Of a DNA stretch of 64,000 bases, positions 51,001 through 62,853 are shown piece after piece (the stretch's first letter is position 1; each line of letters begins with the position of its first letter). Under the pieces are notes generated by a model that saw nothing but the letters and a program-made list of their open reading frames with translations, ran no database searches and was not told where the DNA came from. The stretch is from Phyllobates terribilis. Taxonomy: Eukaryota. The translations under genes and the position numbers were made by a program. The stretch lies in the NCBI RefSeq assembly GCF_046119375.1, contig NW_027362764.1, positions 47,678,001-47,742,000 on the forward strand, read 5' to 3'.

Positions 51001-54000
51001 GTACAATTGGTGGGGGGGGGGGGGGTCCGACCTCAGCAGAGCAAACGGGGAGTGGTGCCTTTCTTAAAGTACCACAGGTCCTGTAGACTTCACCCAAGCT
51101 GATCCTACATTGATGGCCGATCTCAACGGTAAATCCGCCAACCTTAAAGTGGAGATTTTTGCACAGAGCAGAATCGTTCTGACTTCATCGTCTTCTTACC
51201 CAGTGACGACTTCACGATCGCCTTGATCCCGGCATAAACCAGAGACCCCTTGTTGCTTGTAGCTTTCTGGTCTATGTCCTCAGCATACTGCTTCATAAGT
51301 ACATATATATGTATAGGAAAACAGCACAAGATGGAGGAAACCTGGCCGGGGGGGGGGGGGGGAGCGAGGAAACCTGGCCGGGGGGGGGGGGGCGAGGAAA
51401 CCTGGCCGGGGGGGGGGGGGCGAGGAAACCTGGCCGGGGGGGGGGGGGGAGCGAGGAAACCTGGCCGGGGGGGGGGGGCGTAGGAAACCTGGCCGGGGGG
51501 GGTAGCGAGGAAACCTGGCCGGGGGGGGGGGGGGGGGGGCGAGGAACCTGGCCGGGGGGGGGGGGGACCGAGGAAACCTGGCCGGGGGGGGGGGGGACCG
51601 AGGAAACCTGGCCGGGGGGGGGGGGGGGGAGCGAGGAAACCTGGCCGGGGGGGGGGGGGAGCGAGGAAACCTGGCTGGGGGGGGGGGGAGCGAGGAACCT
51701 GGCCGGGGGGGGGGAGCGAGGAAACCTGGCCGGGGGGGGGAGCGAGGAAACCTGGCCGGGGGGGGGGGAGCGAGGAAACCTGGCCGGGGGGGGGGGGAGC
51801 GAGGAAACCTGGCGGGGGGGGGGGGTAGCGGGGAAACCTGGCCGGGGGGGGGGGGAGCGAGGAAACCTGGCCGGGGGGGGGGGAGCGAGGAAACCTGGCT
51901 GGGGGGGGGAGCGAGGAAACCTGGCCGGGGGTGGGGAGCGAGGAAACCTGGCCGGGGGTGGGGAGCGAGGAAACCTGGCCGGGGGTGGGGAGCGAGGAAA
52001 CCTGGCCGGGGGTGGGGAGCGAGGAAACCTGGCCGGGGGTGGGGAGCGAGGAAACCTGGCCGGGGGTGGGGAGCGAGGAAACCTGGCCGGGGGGGGGAGC
52101 GAGGAAACCTGGCCGGGGGGGGGAGCGAGGAAACCTGGCCGGGGGGGGGGGGGAGCGAGGAAACCTGGGGGGGGGGGGGGGGGGAGCGAGGAAACCTGGC
52201 GGGGGGGGGGGGGGGAGCGAGGAAACCTGGCTGGGGGGGGGGGGGGGGAGCGAGGGGGTAGCGAGGAAACCTGGCCGGGGAGGGGGGGGGGGGGAGCGAG
52301 GAAACCTGGCCGGGGAGGGGGGGGGGGGGGAGCGAGGAAACCTGGCCGGGGGGGGGGAGCGATTTGCAATCAGAGGTGGGAGTACAGGTGCACGCTGAAA
52401 TTTGTGGTCCACAATCCTATCCTTATGATATGTCATCAATATCACACTGGTGGGGGTCCGACACCTGGCACCCCCACTGATCAGTTGTTACCAGATCCCG
52501 TAGAGGTGACACAATCTACTACCCGCAGCTCTGAACATCTTGCTGCCCCTGTTCCTGCAGTTCGGCTCCTATTGACTTCAATGGGAGCCGATATTGGCCA
52601 CAGCTCTGTACACCGTGTACTCTCAGGACACCACGTGACCTGCTGACGGCCAATCGGAGGGAGCGCTGGTCCAGTCTGATAATGATGACCTATCCTAAGC
52701 ATAGCTCAGCAGTATCTAATTCCTGGACAATCCCTTTAAAAAGGGGATATCTAGGACTTTCTGAAAAACAAACAAAAAAAAATAACATGTACCTAAGCAC
52801 TAACAGGCAGGTAGTTGCTACTCACCTGCCAGTTGTGCCGGCACCGCTCTTCCCTGCTGACGTCATGTCGACAGATTCTTTTCCACGCCGCTGTCGACAG
52901 GGCAGGACTTCCAACGTCATTATGATTGACAGCTGGATTCACGCTGCCTATCTTGGGGAGCCAGCTGTCAATCAAAATGATGTTGGAAGTCCCACCCTGT
53001 CAACAGAGCAGGGCGGAAAAAGAAACCTCCGCTTTGTCGACGTGACGTCAGCAGAGGCAGCTGATTCCCCGGGAGGAGCGGTCTGTGACCACTGTGTGCC
53101 GGGGAAGAATGGAAGCGGGCACAACAGACAGGTAAGTAGCAGTTACCTGCCTGTTAGTGCTTGGGCACATTTTATGTTTTTCAGAAAGTCCCAGGTATCC
53201 CCTTTAAATACACTTCTTGAAAAGCTGGATGACAATCATCCATCTTTCCCCTGCTCCGGAATGGCAAAGTCAGTGAACTATACAGCAAGGGGAAAAACAA
53301 GAAGCAGTTAGGCTTTGTTCACACAGATGTTTCCCTCCACCCCCCTCTCAAAACCTCTTGGCAAACTCTTCCTATTCATTTCTATGGGAATGCACTTTGC
53401 TGTTCACATGAAGAGTTTGAGCTTTTTATTTCCCTTCTAAAGTCTGAATCTTTTTGCTCAATTTCTACTCCGAAAACGCGGCAAAAAACACAACTTTTGA
53501 GATTTGGAGAGTTTCCGCTCATTTTCTGCTCCAAAAACTCCATGTGCACACACCCTTAGAAGTTTTGATAAATGCTTGGTGGAAAAAAAATGCAAGTGCG
53601 TGTGACTTCTCTGAAGTAGATCCTGAAGGAACCATCTCCAAACTAGACCTCACTGACACGTCACTGACCTCACCGGCCCTTCTTGCCTCCTGGATTACCC
53701 CTTTAAAGTCACATGACAGTGGTCAGATTAGACATCACCCAACAGAACCCCCGAAACGGATCGGGCCCGGCCCCCACTTGCCAACTTTGAAGGATATAGT
53801 GCAAAGTGTACCAGAGAGATTTGAGCTGAGGGTCTTCATTCCCGGCCAGCAGATGGTTTCTCCAGACCTGCTCCGTGTCCAGGCCGTACCGTGATAAAGC
53901 CCTGAGCCTCATCTTGGTGGCAATGTCCCTCTCTAGAGAGCGGTCCTTCCCTTCCTCCGTACACTCGTAGAGCTGCCGGCTGCACGCCCACATCAGCGAC

Positions 54001-55100
54001 GTGGTCGGACTCCAGGCCAGGGAAATGCGCTCGAACACTGTGAAGTCAGACATGGCCCTGTTGGGGGTCACCACCACCATCCGATTCTGGCTTGTGGGAT
54101 GCCACGCGAAGGAGGCGATGTAGTTCTCACACGGCTGGACGCTCCTCTCGATGATAGTGGGCTCTGTTTCATCCCCGATGGGCGTAGGGGTGTGCTGCAT
54201 ATCATACAGTCTGATAATATTACTGTCCCGGGTTAGGGTTGCGAGTAACCCCGTCCTCGTCGGGCACCAGGCTACCTTGCTCAGTGGCTTTGGCTGCTCG
54301 GTAAGGGTCAGGACCGGCTTTTCAAATTTTCGAAGGTCCCAGATGGCCACCTGTCCTTCGAAAAAAGAGGCCACCCTGTCGTGGAAGTGCGGGTCCACGG
54401 TCACCCCTTGCACCGCTTTGGTGTTTACGAACATTTTCTGGTTGGTGTTTCGCAGGTCGAATATGGCGAGGTTACGATGCATCCCGGCCAGGAGCAACTT
54501 CTGGTCCCTGGGAAGCCAGGAGAGGGACAGACAGGCGTCGTTCTGGCCCAGCTCATACAGGGGCTTCGTCACCACCAAGCTCGTCTCGTTGTCACCGGTG
54601 GAAAGGCGAACCTTTTCCATGGGAACGGTGGCATCGGGGGTGTACTTGCTGCTGATGTCCCAAATCAGAACGGAGAAGTCGGCCCTGTGCTTGTCCAAGC
54701 CGGCCGCCAGCCAGTTACTGTCCAGGGGATTCCAGGCCAGCGTGTTGCACTGTCTGGCGTGTTTAGGGACAAACTCCTTACCTATCAGATCTCGGCATTT
54801 AGATTTGTGGTCCTGGCCCAGGCTGGTGAGGACCACCCTGCCATTAGCCTGGCCCACAGCCAAGAGGCACTCCGGGTCATATTTTGGATACCAAGCCACG
54901 CATTTCATATAGGGGGTATCGGAGTTTATAGCCAGGAGTGTGGCGGTGGTCTCCTCCGAGAGTCGTAACGATCCGGCCTTGAGCTCGGAATTGGCGTTAG
55001 CCCTGGACTCGATGTGATAGAGGATGAGCTCAGAGTCGCACACCACAAACCTGTCCACATGGTGAGGGGCCCACAGGATGTCCGGCTTAGAGCCGCTCAT
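45004..55100 (-). CDS. MIOS: GATOR2 complex protein MIOS, intact copy (copy B), 10 coding exons, 879 aa
   Basis: Exons 55100-53798, 51298-51200, 50328-50071, 49316-49147, 49000-48935, 48703-48545, 46636-46484, 46030-45826, 45394-45265 and 45100-45004 sum to 2640 nt in one frame. N-terminus [25 protein letters not shown] (WD40 region). C-terminal Cys/His motifs CNFC...[14 protein letters not shown]...[16 protein letters not shown]...[10 protein letters not shown]. Confidence 0.96.
51299..53797 (-). other. MIOS: U12-type (minor spliceosome) AT-AC intron of MIOS, copy B (copy A: 37138-39645)
   Basis: 5' site CAC T|ATATCCTTC and 3' site ...ttttcctatacatatatatgtAC|TT ATG AAG. Splicing gives ...TLH-F-MKQYAED in frame. 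Confidence 0.9.
51333..52360 (+). repeat. G-rich minisatellite, copy B
   Basis: Same unit as 37172-38213, with different G-run lengths. Confidence 0.96.
53798..55100 (-). CDS. MIOS: MIOS large first coding exon (1303 nt, WD40 region), copy B
   Basis: Open for 434 codons plus 1 nt. Acceptor tttttag| at 55120. Ends at an ATATCCTT donor. Confidence 0.95.
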
Positions 55101-55204
55101 TATTTACAGCTTAGTGAACACTAAAAATAAAGAGAAAAATAAGTAAAAACATACAAAGTCTGCACAGAAACTGCTCCAGAGGAGAAATAAACTAATAACT
55201 AATA

Positions 55205-57395
55205 ATACTGCCCCTTATGTACAAGAATATAACTACTATAATACTGCTCCTATGTACAAGAATATAACTACTATAATACTGCTCCCTATGTAGAAGAATA
55301 TAACTACAATAATACTGCCGCTATGTACAAGAATATAACTACTATAATACTGCCCCTATGTACAAGAATATAACTACTATAATACTGCTCCTATGTACTA
55401 GAATATAACTACTATAATACTGTCCCCTATGTACAAGAATATAACTACTATAATACTGCCCCCTATGTACAAGAATATAACTACTATAATACTGCCCTCT
55501 ATGCACAAGAATATAACTACTATAATACTGCCCCCTATGTACAAGAATATAACTACTATAATACTGCCCCCTATGTACAAGAATATAACTACTATAATAC
55601 TGCCCCCTATGCACAAGAATATAACTACTATAATACTGCCCCCTATGTACAAGAATATAACTACTATAATACTGCCCTCTATGCACAAGAATATAACTAC
55701 TATAATACTGCCCTCTATGCACAAGAATATAACTACTATAATACTGCCCCCTATGTACAAGAATATAACTACTATAATACTGCCCCTATGTACAAGAAGA
55801 TAACTACTATAATACTGCCCCCTATGTACAAGAATATAACTACTATAATACTGCCCTTATGTACAAGAATATAAACTACTATAATACTGCCCTCTATGCA
55901 CAAGAATATAACTACTATAATACTGCCCCCTATGTACAAGAAGATAACTACTATAATACTGCTCCCTATGTACAAGAATATAACTACTAAAATACTGCTC
56001 CCTATGTACAAGAATATAACTACTATAATACTGCCCCCTATGTACAAGAATATAACTACTATAATACTGCCCCCTATGTACAAGAATATAACTACTATAA
56101 TACTGCCCCCTATGTACAAGAATATAACTACTATAATACTGCCCCCTATGTACAAGAATATAACTACTATAATACTGCCCTTATGTACAAGAATATAACT
56201 ACTATAATACTGCCCTCTATGCACAAGAATATAACTACTATAATACTGCCCTCTATGCACAAGAATATAACTACTATAATACTGCCCCCTATGTACAAGA
56301 ATATAACTACTATAATACTGCCCCTATGTACAAGAAGATAACTACTATAATACTGCCCCCTATGTACAAGAATATAACTACTATAATACTGCCCTTATGT
56401 ACAAGAATATAAACTACTATAATACTGCCCTCTATGCACAAGAATATAACTACTATAATACTGCCCCCTATGTACAAGAATATAACTACTATAATACTGC
56501 CCCTATGTACAAGAAGATAACTACTATAATACTGCTCCCTATGTACAAGAATATAACTACTAAAATACTGCTCCCTATGTACAAGAATATAACTACTATA
56601 ATACTGCCCCCTATGTACAAGAATATAACTACTATAATACTGCCCCCTATGTACAAGAATATAACTACTATAATACTGCCCTTATGTACAAGAATATAAC
56701 TACTATAATACTGCCCCCTATGCACAAGAATATAACTACTATAATACTGCCCCCTATGTACAAGAATATAACTACTATAATACTGCCCTTATGTACAAGA
56801 ATATAACTACTATAATACTGCCCTCTATGCACAAGAATATAACTACTATAATACTGCCCCCTATGTACAAGAATATAACTACTATAATACTGCCCCTATG
56901 TACAAGATGATAACTACTATAATACTGCCCCCTATGTACAAGAATATAACTACTATAATACTGCCCCCTATGTACAAGAATATAACTACTATAATACTGC
57001 CCTCTATGCACAAGAATATAACTACTATAATACTGCCCCCTATGTACAAGAATATAACTACTAATACTGCCCCTATGTACAAGATGATAACTACTATAAT
57101 ACTGCCCCCTATGTACAAGAATATAACTACTATAATACTGCCCTTATGTACAAGAATATAACTACTATAATACTGCCCCCTATGTACAAGAATATAACTA
57201 CTATAATACTGCCCCTATGTACAAGAAGATAACTACTATAATACTGCTCCCTATGTACAAGAATATAACTACTATAATACTGCTACTATGTACAAGAATA
57301 TAACTACTATAATATTGTCCCTATGTACAAGAATATAACTACTATAATACTGCCCCTATGTACAAGAATATAACTACTATAATACTGCCCTTATG
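55205..57395. repeat. 36-bp AT-rich satellite, copy B, ~60 units, in the MIOS 5' intron
   Basis: Same unit. It begins ~85 nt from the acceptor of the first coding exon. Confidence 0.97.
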
Positions 57396-57699
57396 TACAT
57401 AGTGACTGCTCCAGCAGAATAGTGAGTGCAGCTCTTGAGTATAATACAGGATGTAACTCAGGATCAGTAATGTCATGTATGCAGACATAGACTCCACCAG
57501 CAGAATAGTGAGTGCAGCTCTGGAGTATAATGCCGGATCTATAATGTCTGTACACAGTATACACATGAACCGAGGGCCCCTTGGACACTTAGACGGTTAT
57601 GTCTCCCAGGAGGAGGATACAAGGCTGTATAATTCTGCAGTGGTACATCTTCCCTGCAGCAGACCCTCCATAGCTCAGGGGTCGGTGTAGCCCCGGTTA

Positions 57700-58400
57700 C
57701 AGATGACTGGCTGCATATAATGGCCATACATGACGACCCTGCAGATGTGACACAGCCATTATGGCAGCTACTCTGGAACTACAATTCCCAGCATGCACTG
57801 CAGCCCGTGTACGCTGGGGGTTCCGGCTTCCCGGGGTAACCAGCTGCCAATATAAAGCTTTGCCGCCGTGTTACCTTCCACAGGCTGCAGGTCAGTGCTC
57901 CGCAGCCACAGGAGCTGCAGTGTCAGCGTCGCCGGCTACACTGGAGAACGCCCAGCAACTGACCCACACACGGTGACGTATGACGCCATCACGTCACACA
58001 CATTCGGACGTTATACAGGCGTGGCTATGCAAATTAGGAAATATAAAAACTGATAGTTTTCGCTTTTATTACAGTATAATCCATTCACCTTATATGGAAA
58101 TAGCTGGTTACTATTATGCCGTATGGATTTATCCATTATTTACTAAGCATAGTCGCTTTTACCCATAGCAGCCAATCAAATTACAGCTTTCTTTCTGCAT
58201 GGAGAGCTATTGCGTATAGCAACCTATCAGGTACCAGCTTTCATTTTCAATCCTAAAAGCTGCAATTGGATTGGTTGTCAGCTGCTCTAAGTGCAGGCTG
58301 TGAACTGTAATTTGGTTGCTATTGGCAACGTGATAAAAGCCTATTCCTCCTCCGGCACGCTGCCGCCATTTTTGTTTTTCACATTTTTTTTCCAGTTAGT
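57700..58400 (-). promoter_or_regulatory. MIOS: Probable MIOS promoter and non-coding first exon
   Basis: ACTACAATTCCCAGCATGC (ZNF143/Staf) 57778-57796, minus-strand donor gaag|GTAACA at 57874, CRE-like TGACGT/ACGTCA ~57975-57995, ATGCAAAT 58027-58034, CCAAT boxes ~58170-58325, GCCGCCATTTT (YY1) 58362-58372. Local CpG enrichment. Confidence 0.65.
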
Positions 58401-61217
58401 ACGATAATGGAGATAGGAAATTTATAGTTTTTATCTGTTTTACTTTGTATTAAAATCCTTTAAAATGTAATTTATGTCTACTTGCGCTGAGAGCGATGAC
58501 TTTTTTCAGTTTTCCTTTTTTTTATAAGAGCTTATAATTTTTTGGAGTTGCAGTTTTTATTGGTATAACTTGGGGGTACATATTGCTTTTTATTCTCTTT
58601 TTCTTTTTTTATTTATTTGGGTTGTGGTGGGGGGTGAAGTGACTTGTATGAAAATATAAGAATCCAATTTTTGGGGTGATTCAATTTGCATGAATCCGTT
58701 AAAGTCACTTTTCTCTTTTTTTGTCTTAAGGTATTTGCTGATGTTTTTTGTGTGCGATATTCGTTAAAAATGGCCGACGCGGTCCAAGAATTTTGTGCAA
58801 AATTAAAAATTATCTTTATTTTTGTTTTTTACCTTTTTTTTTTTTTTGCTTCTGTTTAACCCCAAAAAGTCACACGTTCCACTAAAATGTCTCAAAATTA
58901 GTACTAAAAAGCTTTTAAACAGACGTACTGTGTATAAAATCACTGCAGGGAGGGGTGGATGGAGGAACAGGAGGACATTTGTGGAAACTTGTGACTTTTT
59001 GAAAAGCCGCAATTGATGAACCAGCAGAAAACATCTGGAAAGATCAAACTCCGTCCATGATGGCGAATAGTTAGAAAAAAAAACAACAACAGGCAAACAC
59101 ATAACGTTTAAAATAAACTTAAAAAAAGTAAAAGTAAAAAAACACCAAAAATTAGACAAAAAAAGGCAAATGAAAAAATGAATCGAACCCAAACATCATA
59201 CATGACTGCACAAAATTCTTGAACTGCGGTCGCAATTTTAAAGATCTTGGGGCAAAAAAAAAAGTGATTTGAACCTCCCCTCCTACCCCGCAAATGATGA
59301 ATTGGTCTCTATAACTTTTTAAAATAATTTTTATACATTTTTTGGAGAGGGGTCATAAAAGTTGATTCGCTGTTTCAATACAATCAGTGTTTTATCAGCA
59401 GGATATTATCACTGCAGGACAAGGTGTCTCTTGCCTCCTGGTCCAACTAAGCCCCCAACACTGATTTTCTTCTTTCAGCCTATGCACAGTGCACACTGAA
59501 AGCTGCCAATCAGTGATGTGGGAGGGGTTATACAGAGCTCAGCATTCAGAGCTCTGCTAGACCTGCAACAGAGAAAACTGTGATTGTATTAAAATAATAG
59601 CATGCAGACCAGTGAGTGACACATCGCTGGAATCAGGGTCTCTGTCCCTACATTAGGTTGCTCTTAAATTACGTAGCGAAAACCTGCTGACAGATTCCCT
59701 TTAATGACCAGTGTTTTTTTTTTTTTGCCTTTCCGCATTTTACAAGCCAAAATGTGTTTTATACAAAAAAAAATGTAATTTTATGTACGTATATTTCTTA
59801 CATAATACATTCCCCGAGTAGAGAAAAAACAACTCTGGGAAACGTTAATTTTTTTTTTACATTTCTGAGTTTTCCTCTGTAACTGGGGCGTCCATAGGAA
59901 CCCCAGTTACAGGAGAAACAGCCACCCGCTCTGCCGTGTGTCACTGGCAGAGCTCATCTCTGTCTGCTATGCAGTGCTGACATCCGTCGATCATGTAATC
60001 GCCGGGTCCAATTGCCGATGCGTCTATTCACTCACTCCATAGTATTCATGTAGTCTGAAACAGAGAAGGCAGAAGCAGTCATATACCGCTTGTCTTCTCC
60101 CCAAGGTCCCAGCAGGAGCAGGATTGACAGTAATCTTTGACAGCAGCATTGAAATGGTTTAAAAAGGAGCGAGCGTCCGTTCAGATGCCCATTGCCCCTC
60201 TTGTGACACAAACACAGGATGCCGAAGGTTTCCCTGTCGCCACCATCTTGGTTAGGCTTCATAGGTGATCATTATTTTAACTATATAAGGTAAAGTATTG
60301 CTATATATGGTACAAGTGATCAAATGTCCTCTAGGTGGATGGAAAAAGTTATGTAATATATGTATTTACTTATATATAAAAGTTTTAAACACTCCCTTAT
60401 TCCATTGAGAACAGGGTCGGACTGGGACTTATATTCAGCCCTGGCATTTGAGAGCACACAGGCCCACTTGCTATGAAGTGAATGTGATATATGTTCGTCG
60501 ACTTTTGTGGACTGCTCAACATATATATCACATGTACAGAATCCAAAACTGCTGTGAAGCCAGAATAACACTATGTGAAATTTAAAGGGAACCAATCAGG
60601 TCAGATAATTTTATTTACCTGCAGATATAGGGTTAATCTGCAGGTTAATAGCATTATGAAGGTGCCCAGCCTCTATACTGAAAGTGCGGCACCCGGGACA
60701 AAATACCTTTTATTTCTCCCAGGAGCCACCGGCTGTCAGTCATGCAGGCGTGCCAGGAGAAATTACAGTCGCCACTCACAGCACTGATAGCAGCAGCTGT
60801 AAGCTCACCCCGACACTGACTGACAGCTGACTGTGCACTGATGCTCAGCTGGCTGTCTGTCAAGGAAAAAATGCAACAAGCAGGGACCAGGCCCACCCAC
60901 AAAAGTGACTTCACAGGGGGAAGGGCTGGTCTCTGCTCTCCTTGTTCTCTCCTTAGGCTATGTGCCCACGATGCAGAAATGCTCCGGATTTTTTCCTGAG
61001 CGTTTCTGCATCTCCCTGGCAGAAAGAACGCATGCGCATTGTACATGCGGATTGTACATGAGGATTGTACATGAGGATTGTACATGCGCTTTTCCTGCCA
61101 GGGACAAGTGGAAGTGAAGCATTTTGATCATGCGATTCCGCATGCGGGTTGACAAGCGCTTTCCAAGCGATTTTAGCATCACTTGGAAAGTGTTTGACAA
61201 CTTGGTCACACTATATA

Positions 61218-62853
61218 CAGTTCATTGTGAAAGTATGTGGACCCCTTGAACTTTTCTACCTTTTGCCACATTTCTGGCTTCAAACATAAAGATATAAAAT
61301 TCTAATTTTTGGGGGAAGAATCAACAACAAGTGGGACACAATCGTGAAGTGGAACAAAATTTATTGGATATTTTAAACTCTTTTAGCAAATTTAAAACTG
61401 AAAAGTGGGGCGTGCAATATTATTCGGCCCCTTTACTTTCAGTGCAGAAGTTCAGTGAGGATCTCTGAATGATCCAATGTTGTCCTAAATGACTGGTAAT
61501 GATCAATAGAATCCACCTGTGTGTAATCAAGTCTCCGTATAAATGCACCTGCTCTGTGATAGTCTCAGGGGTCTCTGCTCTGTGATAGTCTCAGGGTTCT
61601 GTTTCAAGTGCAGAGAGCATCATGAAGACTAAGGAACACACCAGGCAGGTCCGAGATACTGTTGTGGCGAAGTTTAAAGCCGGATTTGGATACAAAAAGA
61701 TTTCCCAAGTTTTAAACATCTCAAGGAGCACTGTGCAAGCGATCATATTGAAATGGAAGGAGTATCAGACCACTGCAAATTTACCAAGACCCGGCTGTCC
61801 CTCTAAACTTTCATCTCGAACAAGGAGAAGACTGATCAGAGATGCAGCCAAAAGGCCCATCATCACTCTGGATGAGCTGCAGAGATCTACAGCTGAGGTG
61901 AGAAAGTCTGTCCATAGGACAACAATCAGTCGTACACTGCACAAATCTGGCCTTTATGGAAGAGTGGCAAGAAGAAAGCCATTTCTCAAAGATAGCCATA
62001 AAAAGTCTTGTTTGATATTTGCCGCAAGCCACCTGGGAGACACAACAAACATGTGGAATAAGGTGCTCTGGTCAGATGAAACCAAAATCGAACTTTTGCA
62101 AAAACGATATGTTTGGCGTAAAAGCAACATAGCTCATAACCCTCAAAACACCATCCCCACTGTCAAACATGGTGGTGACAGCATCATGGTTTGGGACTGC
62201 TTTTCTTCAGCAGGGACAGGGAAGATGGTTAAAATTGATGGGAAGATGGACAGAGCCAAATACAGGACCATTCTGGAACAAAACCTGTTGGAGTCTGCAA
62301 AAGACCTGAGACTGGGACGGAGATTTATCTTCCAACAAGACAATGATCCCAAACATAAAGCAAAATCTACAATGGAATGGTTCAAAAATAAACGTATCCA
62401 GGTGTTAGAATGGCCAAGACAAAGTCCAGACCTGAATCCAATCGAGAATCTGTGGAAAGAGCTGAAAACTGCTGTTCACAAACGCCCTCCATCCAACCTC
62501 AATGAGCTCGAGCTGTTTTACAAGGAAAAATGGGCAAGAATTTCAGCCTCTCGATGTGCAAAACTGATAGAGACATACCCCAAGCGACTTGCAGCTGTAA
62601 TCGCAGCAAAACGTGGTGCTACAAAGTATTAACTCAAGGGGGCCGAATAATATTGCACGCCCCACTTTTCAGTTTTTAATTTTTTTAAAAAAGTTTAAAA
62701 TATCCAATAAATTTTGTTCCACTTCACGATTGTGTCCCACTTGTTGCTGATTCTTCCCAAAAAAATTAGAATTTTATATCTTTATGTTTGAAGCCAGAAA
62801 TGTGGCAAAAGGTAGAAAAGTTCAAGGAGGCCAAATATTTTCACAATGCACTG
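61218..62853 (+). mobile_element. Full-length DD34E Tc1-like transposon with long IR/DR-type TIRs
   Basis: TA|cagttcattgtgaaagtat...atattttcacaatgcactg|TA, 1636 bp, ~215-bp TIRs. Confidence 0.96.
61622..62632 (+). CDS. Tc1-family transposase, uninterrupted 336-aa ORF
   Basis: [16 protein letters not shown] and SPDLNPIE with D-34-E spacing. Paired-like N-terminus, C-terminus LAAVIAAKRGATKY. Confidence 0.93.
   Translation: MKTKEHTRQVRDTVVAKFKAGFGYKKISQVLNISRSTVQAIILKWKEYQTTANLPRPGCPSKLSSRTRRRLIRDAAKRPIITLDELQRSTAEVRKSVHRTTISRTLHKSGLYGRVARRKPFLKDSHKKSCLIFAASHLGDTTNMWNKVLWSDETKIELLQKRYVWRKSNIAHNPQNTIPTVKHGGDSIMVWDCFSSAGTGKMVKIDGKMDRAKYRTILEQNLLESAKDLRLGRRFIFQQDNDPKHKAKSTMEWFKNKRIQVLEWPRQSPDLNPIENLWKELKTAVHKRPPSNLNELELFYKEKWARISASRCAKLIETYPKRLAAVIAAKRGATKY

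Larger units (their letters stand above)
28792..57000 (+). other. ~14.15 kb direct duplication (28792-42852 vs 42953-~57000) split by a 100-N gap at 42853-42952
   Basis: Constant offset of 14161 from 28792 to ~37170, then 14148-14154. The differences I saw are mostly homopolymer or repeat-unit indels. Confidence 0.97.

Noticed and set aside
53709-53797. C-terminal extension [29 protein letters not shown] of the 463-aa ORF
   Set aside because: This is read-through into the AT-AC intron. The same stretch has different indels in copy A.
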